From assembly GCF_009914755.1 (NCBI RefSeq), contig NC_060931.1: 64,000 nucleotides of DNA; one strand, 5' to 3'. Source of the DNA: the human T2T-CHM13v2.0 reference genome, Homo sapiens. The translations under genes and the position numbers were made by a program. Under the pieces are notes generated by a model that saw only the letters and a list, made by a program, of their open reading frames with translations, had not been told where the DNA came from and made no database searches. The first letter of the stretch is position 1; each line of letters opens with the position of its first letter. Positions 30,716-43,065 of the stretch are shown piece by piece.

Positions 30716-31221
30716 CATTTTATGAAAAAAGGTGACACAGGGATGTTGATTATATTCATGTCTGATTGTCCAATGGGGAAAACTGATGACTGAATCCTAG
30801 AATACAAACTGCTAGCCTTGGGATATGTATTAGGAGTTTCTAATTCTTTTATTTGATGAGGGAGGCATCTTTTATCAGGGAACAAAGAACACGTGCCTGG
30901 AGCTTTAATTCACTTTTAGATTTCTTAGTGTTCTAATATGCATTATTAGTATTGTTAATGCTACCAAAAATCACTGGCGTTTGAAGTGAGTGGACATCAT
31001 TCTGCTCATTTTTTACATACCCTTTTAGTCTGTTGAAAATTAATTATATTGTTTATTCATCTGTAATATATATGCCCATTGGCAAGATAACTTCATGATT
31101 TACCTCCTTCCTCTAAAGGTATTCTTTAAAGGTATTAAAAATTATAACTAATTTTATTCTAGAAATATTTCTATTGGACCATTGGGTAACAGATTAAATT
31201 TCACTGCAAGTGTTTTAAAAG

Positions 31222-31222
31222 G

Positions 31223-31256
<34 letters not shown>

Positions 31257-31538
31257 GAGACAGGGTCTTTCTCGGTTACCTAGGCTAGAATTTAGTAGTG
31301 TGGTCATAGCTCACTGTAACACTGAACTCCTGGGCTCAAGTGATCCTTCATCTGGCCTCCCAAGTAGCCAGGACTACAGGCACATACTATCATGCCCAGC
31401 TGATTTTTAATTTTTTTTTGTAGAGATAGGGTCTCACTATATTTCCAGGCTGGTCTTGAACTCCTGGGCTCAAATGATCCTCTTGCTTCTGCCTCCCAAA
31501 GTGTTGGGATTACAGACATGAGCCACTGCACCAGGACC
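31222..31538 (-). mobile_element. AluJ with (TTTTG)n tail
   Basis: ctcctgggctcaagtgatcct in both arms. Confidence 0.9.
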
Positions 31539-31900
31539 AATAAATGAATTCTTAATGAGACTTGGACCTGGAAATCTCTAATATTTTATGTCTGGTGACA
31601 TATATAGACTATATTCTTGGTGCTTTTAGTTTAGAATCATTATTTTATTCTGACTCTTATACTACTAGATGGTTATTGCTATGTGATTTAGTAGATAAAC
31701 TTTTAAATGACACTGCTACATAAAGAAACACTAAAACAATAAAGATAATTTAATATTTGTTGTTAAAAAAAAACTTTTTGAAATGTGTGTTGTTTACATA
31801 CATAAACAGAAAGGCATATTAAATATCCCAGCATTCCTTCATACATCCTTATGGCTGGTTGCTACTGCCTGTGTTTTTATTCACACAGCTTCCTTTATAT

Positions 31901-32255
31901 CAGTGGTCCCCAACCTTTTTGACACCAGCGACCAGTTTTGTGGAAGACAGTTTTTCTGTGGACCCAGAAGTTGGGGCAGGGTATGGTGGAGAGATGGTTT
32001 TGGGATGAAACTTTTCCATCTCAGATCATCAAGCATTAGATTCTCATAAGGAGTGCACAACTTAGATCCCTTGTATTTGCAGTTCATGATAGAGTTTGCA
32101 GTCCTTTGAGAATCTAATGCCAACGCTGATCTGACAGGAGGCAGAGCCCAGGCAGTAATGCTCCCTTAACACACTGCGCACCTCCTGCCATGCGTCTGGG
32201 TTCCTAACAGGCCAGGGACCTGTACAGGTTTGGGCCTGGGGGTTTGGGACCCCTG
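31901..32255. mobile_element. MER1B-like hAT-Charlie MITE
   Basis: TIRs cagtggtccccaacc / ggtttgggacccctg; gcattagattctcataaggag; 8-bp near-TSD ctttatat/ttttagat. Confidence 0.88.
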
Positions 32256-32339
32256 TTTTAGATGACAAAAATATATAAAAGTATCATACCCCATACATTT
32301 TCCTTATTCAGTCGGATATTGGAAATCATTACGCCTGGT

Positions 32340-33385
32340 ATCAGCTATTCTGGATATTCTATTTTGATGCTTCATCAAAACTCTACAAGTGTTAGTTTCT
32401 TAAAGATAGTTGCATTATTGATTCTGAAACTGCATCAGTGAATCTGTTGTTACATTAAAATTCACTGGTCTATCTTGGACTTTTTACCCAGTGGTCTGTC
32501 TTGGACTTTTTACCCAGGTGTGATTTTGTAACATTCATTGGTTATTTAGAAAATATGGTTCACTGAATTACACAGATCTCCCAAATGTTGAAACACTTCA
32601 TTATGTAATATTTTAAAAATCACATTTATTAATATCACATCTAATCTCATTTAAAAAAATCTAAGTGTTGGGAATCAGTTAAGCTCACAGTGGTGGGTAC
32701 TTATCTTCCAAAATTCTAATTTTTCTCTTGAAAGCTTGGTTTTTATCCTTGACAGCAAATATCGTTAAGTATTTTCCTTGAAATAACATGTAAATGTTTG
32801 GCAAATACCCAAATCTGAATAATCATAGGTTGTCTGTTTTTCTTTCAAGAATAAAATGGCATTCCATGAAAAATAAATTGATTTTTAAACTCACAACTTG
32901 AATAATTGTACAGGTCCTTTCCTTGAGATAACCATTGTGGTTTGGTACACAACAAAAATGCTTTATATGCAAATCTCATTTTGTCACACAGGATACTAGA
33001 CAGATGTGTACTTGATGGGAATTTAATAAAATTAATTTTTCTGTGCCATTGGTAAAAATTATTTTTATTTTATTTTATTTTATTTTATTTTATTTTATTT
33101 TATTTTATTTTATTTTATTTTACTGCCAGTGTATGGTGGTGAGGCATACAGTGCACCTGGTACTTACTGAGCACTAATAGTACTTTTTGGTGCCATTAGT
33201 TTGGTACCAAGGTGCTAGCAGTTTTACACACCATTGCTTTTGTACCATTAGTGCAATGTTGCTATTATTAAAAGGCTAGAAAAGTGTTTATTATGTTATT
33301 TTGAAAAATAGTTGTTTTGAAAAATAACTAGTGTTGTTATTAAAAAAAAAAGTAGTTTTGACTACGTGGGACCTCTGGAAAGACC
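32340..33385. mobile_element. Charlie1-type hAT transposon remnant
   Basis: atcaaaactctacaagtgttagtttcttaaag...cagatctcccaaatgttga...ttcatcatg-like Charlie motifs; boundaries approximate. Confidence 0.65.
33062..33122. repeat. (TTTTA)n pentanucleotide repeat, about 12 copies
   Basis: Direct read. Confidence 0.92.
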
Positions 33386-33671
33386 ATTGGGATTTTGATT
33401 GACATGATGTTAAATTTATAATTAATTGGAGAGAGCTACACATTTACAATATTGAGTTTTCCTATATAGGAACATAGTATGTTCTTTCATTTATTCAATT
33501 ATTCACTAAAATTTTATATTTTCTTATAAATATTGCGTATTTTAAGTTTATTCTGAAGTATTTTCAGCTTTTTGCCATTATAAATAGGACTTTTTTGAGG
33601 TATATTTTCTAATTGGTTATTGTAGGTATAGGAAAAGTTGATTTTTGTGTGTTTACCTTGTTTACAAATAA

Positions 33672-33998
<327 letters not shown>

Positions 33999-34842
33999 TG
34001 AATTTTTTTAGGTAGACAGGTCATCTTTAAATTACAATTCGTTTTTCTTAATTTGTTTGTTTGTTTCCTTATTGCACTGGTTGAGACCTCTAATTAGTGA
34101 CAAATAGTAGAGATATTGGACATCTTTGTCTTGTTCTGACTTGAGTGGGAATATTTAGTATTTTCCCAGTAGGTTTAATTTTTAAGGTTTTTGATGCTTT
34201 TTAAAAAAATCTAAGGAAATTTTTTATTGCCTTATATTGCTTATATATTGAGGGTTTAAAAATAATAATGTATTTAAGTCATCAAATGTGTTTTTTCTTT
34301 TATTTTGTTAACGTGGTAGATTATATTAATATAGCTCCTATTATTTATTGAACCATCATCTTTCCATTCCTGGAATGAGATCTGTTTGGTTACAATGAAA
34401 ATCTGATAGAATTTTTTGCAACTTTTCTCCTTTTAATTTGTATTTAAATATGTATTCATAGCTGTGATTGGCCTTAAGTCTTTTTTCTTCTGATTTGGAT
34501 TTCAGGGTTGTGCCACTGATAAATAATTTCAGTCTCTTTCAGTGTTCTGATGTAGACTAAATTCTAAAGTAATTTTTTGCTGCTTGTACATTTGATAAAA
34601 TTTACCTGTTAAATCATCTAATTCTGGTGGCATTTATTTGGGGGTAGACATGTGCACATTTTTAATTTATCTTACAGTGTTTTTATTAACTAAGGAAATC
34701 TTATGGTGGCATGGGTCATCTGTTTCGTTTTACTGTTGTAGCCTTAGCACCATGCTAGTCATATAAAAGATGCCCAGAAAATTCGTTGAATGAATCCTTA
34801 TAAGGTTGAATAGTGCTTTTACTTTGCTAAAGTTTTATTTGA

Positions 34843-35019
<177 letters not shown>

Positions 35020-35094
35020 TGACTTTAATGCCTATAAAAGGAGAAATATGTCAATCTCTTATCTTCATTGAGAATAATTTAAAATATTCAAAAT

Positions 35095-35340
35095 AATAAT
35101 AACAACAGTTAGCTAACATTTTATTAAGCACTTCCAGTCTGCCAGCTTTTAAGGAATCCTGATAACTCACTTAGTCATTATCACTCTATGAGACAGGTGC
35201 ACTTATTATCCCCATTAGTTTATAGATGAAGAAATGAAGAACAGAGAGATTAAATAGTTTGCCTAGGATCACACAATTGTAAAGTGTTTGAGCCAGTATA
35301 TGAATTCAGGCAGTTTGGCTCCACAGTCTGCTTTTATGTT
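35095..35340 (-). mobile_element. MIR
   Basis: agctaacattttattaagcactt...tatagatgaagaaatgaa...tgcctaggatcacaca...aattcaggcagtttggctcca. Confidence 0.8.
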
Positions 35341-36033
35341 ATTATACCCATTTGACTCTGAATTTTGTTTTTTCACTTGTATTCATATAAATACTTAAAA
35401 CATAGTTTTTAGTGGGATAGTTTTGCAGCCTAATGGAAAATTTAAGATGTGGATGTGATTTAGACTCCTAAAGTAGTCAACAGGGTTAAAAAATACTGCT
35501 GTTTAATATAACTGTAATATATATTGTTACATGGTAGTTATGATAAGTCTTTTTTAGAGGCCAAGAGTAAGTTAATTATAGTTAACTAATTATAATTAAG
35601 TTGTTAATTAATTATAGTTAATTATAACGTGTAAGGATTAGGTGTTTAATGACCTTTTATTAGTTAAGTCAGCTATCAACTGATTTGTTTCAAATCTTAT
35701 ACATCTTCCTAAACACATTATTTTCTTGCCTTATTAAAGGGTCATGCCTATAAGTAAATCATTGTTGTTTGATTATCATGCAGGCTTCCATGTCATCTGT
35801 TTGTTTGAATAGTGGTATACTTAGGAAGTTTGAGGTAGTCCCAGAACATATTCCTGAAGTTGAGATTTTTTTAAAAAAATCCTTTTTATAAGATTGTATT
35901 TTTGGCATCTATCCTATTAGGGGAAAATTTTAATAAATTAAGTGCCTGCTTTTTGGATTCCAGTTAATTGAGATGTCTACTTTATAGCTGCTTAATAGAT
36001 GAGGTAGTTCAGGCTTAGAAAACAATTAAATTG

Positions 36034-36335
36034 GGCCGGGCGCAGTGGCTCACACCTGTAATCCCAGCACTTTGGGAGACCAAAGTGGGCAGATTGCCTG
36101 AGGTCAGGAGTTCAAGACCATCCTGACCAACATGGTGAAACCCCGACTCTACTAAAAATACAAAAATTAGCTGGGCGTGGTAGCGCGTGCCTGTAAGCTC
36201 AGCTACTTAGGAGGCTGAGGCAGAATTGCTTGAACCTGGGAGGCGGAGGTTGCAGTGAGCTGAGATTATGCCGCTACAGTCCAGCCTGGGAGACAGAGCA
36301 AGACCCTGTCTCAAAAAAAGAAAGAAAAAAAAAAA
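36034..36335 (+). mobile_element. Alu (AluS-type)
   Basis: Full dimer with A-rich tail. Confidence 0.95.
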
Positions 36336-36862
36336 GATTAAATGTCTCTTTTTGATGATTTTTGAGTCATAAAATGTGTTTGTAAATTTGAAATATCTGT
36401 ATACTTGATACTTGTCATTCAAGTAATAGTTTATTTTTAAAAACCAAAAATAGCATAATATAATTTATGTGGATTATTTAATGTTCTTTTGTGCTCTCAG
36501 TACCTGCATTGTAATGGGATTAATAGATGCTATGGAGTTATAATTTTTACAGTATTAAGTGGAGTTTAAGAAATCGATGTTCTCCCTTTCTTCAAAGTTG
36601 AGGCTCTGGAATTAGGTTTGGTTTAATAACTTTTGGCTACATATTTTGTGACCTTGAGCAAGTTATTGGAACAGGCCAAGCTTTAGTTTTGCTAGTTAAA
36701 AGAGCCAAATAATGATACCTAATGAATCAGGTTAGTAAACTGCTTGGCACATAGTGTTAATAAATGCTCAGTGTAGATTAGTTATTTTTACTGTTGTTAT
36801 TGTTTCCTACAGTATCATCTAACCAAATCTCTTCTTTCCATACTTACTCTGTGTTCTAGTAG

Positions 36863-37147
<285 letters not shown>

Positions 37148-39276
37148 TAATTTTTTTTCTTGGTTTTTTACTCGGTTAAAGATTGTTATCTCTTTGGATT
37201 AGGGACTTCTTTCATGTAAAATAGATCCATGATGTAATGAGACTTAAAAAATTGAAATGTACTTGAACTCACATATAAATTTAAGTTGTCATCTTGGGAA
37301 ACCATGCACTTACAAATGATTAACTAGCATTAAACTGTATCAGAAATAATATTTTGATATTGGTAGCCAATATTCATTAACAGTGTAGTTTTGAGGAGAA
37401 GGGGGGCTAGATAATAAAAAATGTTATTAGTAAACAATTATATATAAGGAACAAGGAGATTTGTATTGAAAACAACTTCCTTGTGGTGTGAATGCTATAT
37501 AATTGCTGATTTTCTTGTGTGACCTGTAGTCTGGCTTTGAAAGAAATGTGAATAGTTGAACATCTGTATTATCTCCCAGGGTATTGGCTTTGGAGGGTAA
37601 CACTCATTTGGATTTTTAAGGTCTGATGTGTTTTGTTATTTAAACTAAAAAGGGACTCTGTTGTTGCTTATAGTATGACTTTTTTTTTTAATCTTCCTCA
37701 GTAACTTTCATAGTGACAAACAACAGAATAGTTGCACAATATAAAACTTGTGGAATTGAATTTGGTGCATCCTTTATAGGAAGAAATAAGAAATAATAGA
37801 TTATTCAGTGGTTTGCTCTCATTTTAATTTTATCACTGTTATTATCGTCTATTATTAGGTATTCATATTTATCAGATATTGGGTAGCTAAAAAAAAACCA
37901 GACTTGTACTGCCTTGAGTTTATAAATTTAAAGTTAACTTAAAATGAATTGCTTTGAGCTCCACTTTTTGAAATATGACAAATCTGCTTCTAAGCCTTGT
38001 GCATTGTTATTGCTTACTTGATTGATGATGATACTTGCAAATAAATGATAGGTATGTTTGAAATTGAGTATATTTTGGAGTATAAACAAACAAATAACTA
38101 ATCTCTTAACAGACTTTAAAATGCTACCAATAAAAAAAAAATATATATATATATATATATATGCCATTTCTAGGAGTGAATTCTGTGGGTTTTTTTTAAC
38201 CTCATAAGATGAGGGAGGCATAGGTAATTTTAGGGCTTTTTTGTTTGTTTCAGATATTTATCAGTAAGGCATTTGATACCATTTTGTGAAGGGAAAGCAA
38301 AACAACAGCCACAGGCAACTCTACAGTTAATAAGCTAAAAACAGTTATATTTTAAAGGTCTCTTTAGTGACGTACTCAGTTGGTTAAGATTAGCTGATAA
38401 AAATCTTGTGCAGTTTTGATATCTACAGAGACTTAACTTATCCTTTGGCTCTAGAAAGGAACCAAGTTTAGAGAAATTAGTAGTTGCTCAATTCTTGAAA
38501 CTTACAGCCACATCATAGTTTTTGTACTGTGAATACTATGGGCTTTCTAAACTGGCCTGGAACACTGTTAGTTAATAAACATTCCTTTCAGGGTTGTTCT
38601 CTTTGCTTCTGATCTCATTGATGATGATTTGTTGGACAAATAAGGAAGTAAACAGTGCAGAGTTTTTTGGCTTCTGCTCTATTAAAAACATAGCAGAGAA
38701 GGACAAGAAGTTCCTGCCTGCTAAATAGGAAGATCTAGGGAATCAAAAGAGTCTCTGTCAAGCTTCTTGTAATGGAGGATACAAAAGCTACTTTTAGTAT
38801 TTTTAGTATATTACTTAGTATGATCTTTAAGTATTTTCTGTATTTTAAGAAAGTGTAAGGCTCTATTTATTTCTGTAATAGGCTTTTTGTTTGTCTAGAA
38901 ACATCACTGTATTTACATTTCATTTTATTAGAGGTGATTTTGGAACCAATAATTGCTACTACCTCTTTGCCCATGCAGGATCCAGTGATGATAGGCAAAA
39001 GTAATCACCTAGGGACAGGAATGTTTTACTCAGACATGTAGAGATTGTACTGAAATCCACCCTTTGCTGAGCTTATCTTATTTGCTATAGAAAGAAAAAT
39101 TTTCTTTTGTGAGATAAGGGAAGGATAAAGTTTAATAAGGTAGTCATAAAGTTTCAACCTGAAATCTCTACCTTTCTCCCTTTGTCTTTCCCTGCTTCTT
39201 TCTTTTTTCTGTTTTCCTGGTTTAAAAAATAATCTCTCCACTCTGGTTTTTTGGATTGTGCAGTAGTTGTTAATTA

Positions 39277-41612
39277 TAGGCATATCTTGGAGATATTGCA
39301 GGTTTGGTTCCAGACCACTGCAGTGAAGTGAATGACACAATAAAGCAAGTCACAAATTTTATTTCCTTTGCATGTGCATATAAAAGTTATCTTTCCACTT
39401 TACTGTAGCCTCTTAAGGTACAGTGGCATTATTTCTTTAAAAAAAATGCATATACCTTAACTTAAAAAATGCTTTATTGCTTAAAAAATGCTAATGATCA
39501 TCTGAGCCTTCAGTGAGTTATACTCTTTTTGCTAGTGAAGGGTCTTGCCTCAGTATTGATGGCTGCTGGCTGATAAGGATGGTGATTGCTGAAAGTTGGG
39601 GTGGCTGTGACAGTTTCTTAAAATAAGACAAAAATGAAATTTGCTGCATCAATGAGTTCTTCCTTTCACAAAAGATTTATCTGTGGTGTGCAATGCTGTC
39701 TGATTGCATTTGACCCACAATAGAACTTCTTTCAAAATTGGAGTCAATCCTCTCAAACCCTGCTGCTGCTTTATCAGCTAAGTTTATGTAATATTCTAAA
39801 TCCTTTGTTGTCATTTCAACAATGTTCACAGCATCTTCATCAGGAGCAGTTTCCATCTCAAGAAACCACTTTATTTGCTCATTCATAAGAAGCAATTTCT
39901 CATCCATTCAAGTTTTATCATGAGAGTGTAGCAGTTCAGTCACATCTTCAGGCTCTACTTCTAATTCTAGTTCTCTTGCTATTTCTACCACATCTGCAGT
40001 TAATTTCTTCTTCTGAAGCCTTTAACACTTTCCACATCATCCATGAGCATTGGAATCAACTTCTTCCAAACTCTTGTTTATGTTGATATTTTGATCTCTT
40101 CCCATGAATCATGAATGTTCTTAATGGCATCTAGAATGGTGAATCCTTTCCAGAAGGTTTTCAATTTACTTTGCCCAGATCCATCAGAGGAATCACTGTC
40201 TGTGGCAACTATAGCCTTACAAGATGTGTTTCTTAAATAATAAGATTTTCTTGAAAGTCTAAATGACTCCTTGATTCATAGGCTACAAAATGGATATGTG
40301 TTAGTAGGCATGAAAACATTAATATTCCTGTGTTTCTCCATCAAGCTCTTGGGTGACAGGTGCATTGTCAGTGAGCAGTAATATTTTGAAAGAAATCTTT
40401 TTTTCTTTTTCTGAGCAGTAGGTCTCAACAGTGGGCATAAAATATTCAGTAAACCATTCTGTACACAGATGTGCTGTCATCTAGGCTTTGTTACTCCATT
40501 TGTAGAGCACAGGCAGTAGATTCAGCTTAATTCTTAAGGGCCCTAGGATTTTTCAGAATAGTAAATGAGCATTGACTTCCGCTTAAAGTCACTAGCTGCA
40601 TTAAACCCTTGCAAGACAGTCACACTATCCTTTAAAGCTTTGAAGCCAGGCATTGACTTCACTCTAGCTATGAAAGTCCTAGATGGCACCTTCTTCCAAT
40701 AGAAGTCTATTGGAATGTTTTGTCTACATTGAAAATCTGTTTAGTATAGTTACCTTCATCAGTGATCTTAGCAAGATCTTCTAGATATTAATAACTTGCT
40801 GCATCTTCTATAATACATCAACACTTGTGGCTTTACTTTGCACTTTTATGTTACAGAGGTGGCTTCTTTCTTTAAACTTCATGAACCAACCTCTGCTAGC
40901 TTCCAACTTTTCTTTTGCAGTTTTCTGACTTCTCTCAGCTTTCACACACTTGAAGAGAGTTAAGGCCATGCTTTAGATTAGGTTTTGGCTTAAGGGAGTG
41001 TTATGACTGGTTTAATCTATCCAGACCGCTCTAACTTTCTCCATATTAACAATAAGTCTGTTTTGCTTTCTTATCAGTCATGGGTTCACTTGTAATTTCC
41101 TTCAAGAACTTTTCCTTCTCATTTACAACTTGGTCAACTTTAGTGCAAGAGGTCAACTTTCAGCCTATCTTGGCCTTTGACATGCCTTCCTCCCTAAGTT
41201 TAATTATTTCTAGTTTTTTTATTTAAAGTGAGAGGTTTGTGTTGAACACTTAAAGGCCGTGGTAAAGATATTAAATGGCCTAATTTCAGTATTGTTGCAT
41301 CTCAGGGAATAGGGAGGCCCAAAGAGAGGGAGAGAAATGGGGGAACTGCTGGTTTATGGAGAAGTCAGAACACACACAACATGGTGCCTCAAAACAATTA
41401 CATTATTAACATCAAAGATCACTGATCATAGGTCACTGTAACAGATATGACAGTAATGAAAAAGGTTGAAACATTACGAGAATTACTGAAATGAGAGAGA
41501 GACACAAGTGAAGAAATTCTGTTGGAAAAACGGCATCCATAGACTTCCTTCAATTTGTAAAAAACACAGTATCTGTGAAGCGTGGTCAAGCAAAGCATTA
41601 TAAAGGCATATG
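39277..41612 (-). mobile_element. Tigger1 (TcMar) DNA transposon, near full length, transposase decayed
   Basis: TA|taggcatatcttggagatattgcaggtttggttccagaccac terminus; ORF 39677..39907(-) KWFLEME...[34 protein letters not shown] matches the Tigger1/TIGD1 C-terminus; degenerate opposite end followed by TA. Confidence 0.92.
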
Positions 41613-41959
41613 TATGTTGAATTATCTTAATTGATTTTCTGTTTTTAATGCAATTTTGTATTCCTTTTTACAAACCCTACTTGATAATGGTGTCTTACTC
41701 TTTTCAGGTATTGTATTTGATCTGCCACCTTTTTATGAAGTATTTTTGCATATATTTGTGTATGTAAGATATTGGTCTGCAGTTTTCTTTTAATGTGCAT
41801 GTCTTGTTTTGTTATCTTTTGGTATGTTTGGGTACTTCCAGTCTTATAGAATGGGGCAGGAATCTAAAAGTGTTTGTGTAGAATGAGTAGTAGCTTGGTA
41901 GAATTTACTAGTGAAGGCAACTGGACCTGAAGTTACCTTTGTGTGGAGGTTTTTGTGTT

Positions 41960-42203
41960 CTTTTGGCAGGGTCTCTCTTTGTCACCCAGACTGGAGTACA
42001 GTGGCATGATCAGTTAACTTTAGCCTTGAACTCCTGGGCTCAGGCTATCCTCCTGCCTCCTGAGTAGCCTGGACTATTGGTGCATGGTATCATGCCTGGC
42101 TAATTTTTAAAAATGTGGAGATGGGGTCTCGCCATGTTACCCAGACTGGTCTTTAACTCCTTGCTCAAATGATCCCAAAGCACTGGAATTTCGGGTGTGA
42201 GCT
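41960..42203 (-). mobile_element. AluJ with internal deletions
   Basis: Antisense Alu motifs. Confidence 0.85.
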
Positions 42204-42204
42204 A

Positions 42205-42519
42205 TTTGTTTGTTTTCTCTTTTTCTTTTCTTTTCTTTTTTTTTGAGACAGGGTCGCTCTCTGTTGCCCAGGCTGGAGTGCAGTGGCACAGTCACGGCTC
42301 ACTACAGCCTTGACCTCCCTGGGCTCAAGTGATCCTCTTACCAAGCCTCCCAGGTAGCAGGGACTACAGGTGTGCGCCACTACACCCGGTTAATTTTTTG
42401 TAGAGATGGGGTTTTGCTGTATTGCCCAGGCTGGTCTCAAACTCCTGGGCTCAAGTGATCCACCTGCCTTGGCCTCCCAAAGTGCTAGAATTACAGTTGT
42501 GAGCCGCCACCCTCAGCCG
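42205..42519 (-). mobile_element. AluJ
   Basis: cagccttgacctccctgggctcaagtgatcct; (TTTTC)n tail. Confidence 0.92.
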
Positions 42520-42546
42520 AATTACTTCTTTATTTTATACTTGGTT

Positions 42547-42581
42547 AAAACAAACAAACAAACAAACAAACAAACAAACAC
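42547..42581. repeat. (AAAC)n tetranucleotide repeat
   Basis: About 8 units. Confidence 0.9.
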
Positions 42582-42809
42582 TTTCCAGTGTCTGAAGCTG
42601 TCTGTGCTTGAAATTTGGTGGGTGGGAGTGTTTTTTACCTATCAGTTTAATTTCTTTAAACATCATAGGACTAATCAGAGTTGTTAATTGTTTGGTTCAG
42701 GTTTATTAAATGATATTTTTCTAGGAATTGTCTATAATTGTCTATAATCAAAAATTTCAAATTTATGGGTATTAAGGTATACCTAATATCTTACTGTTTG
42801 TTTAGTGTT

Positions 42810-43065
42810 TGCAGGATTTCTTGAGATGCCCCTTTTTTGTTACTTATCTTGAATATATATATATTTTTCCATCAGCACATGTTTATCAAGTGCACTAGTC
42901 TCTTGAGAGAACCAATTTTTGGTTTGTTCATCTTTTCTGCAGGATTTCTTGAGATGCCCCTTTTTTGTTACTTATCTTGAATATATATATATTTTTCCAT
43001 CAGCACATGTTTATCAAGTGCACTAGTCTCTTGAGAGAACCAATTTTTGGTTTGTTCATCTTTTC
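42810..43065. repeat. Perfect 128-bp tandem duplication (42810-42937, 42938-43065)
   Basis: Base-by-base comparison shows identical copies. Confidence 0.95.

Noticed and set aside
39677-39907. TIGD1-like ORF as a functional gene
   Set aside because: Only a 76-aa remnant of a decayed Tigger1 transposase.
42810-43065. CRISPR-like or array-type system suggested by direct repeats
   Set aside because: Primate intron with only two abutting copies and no spacers; the other direct repeats are retrotransposon TSDs.
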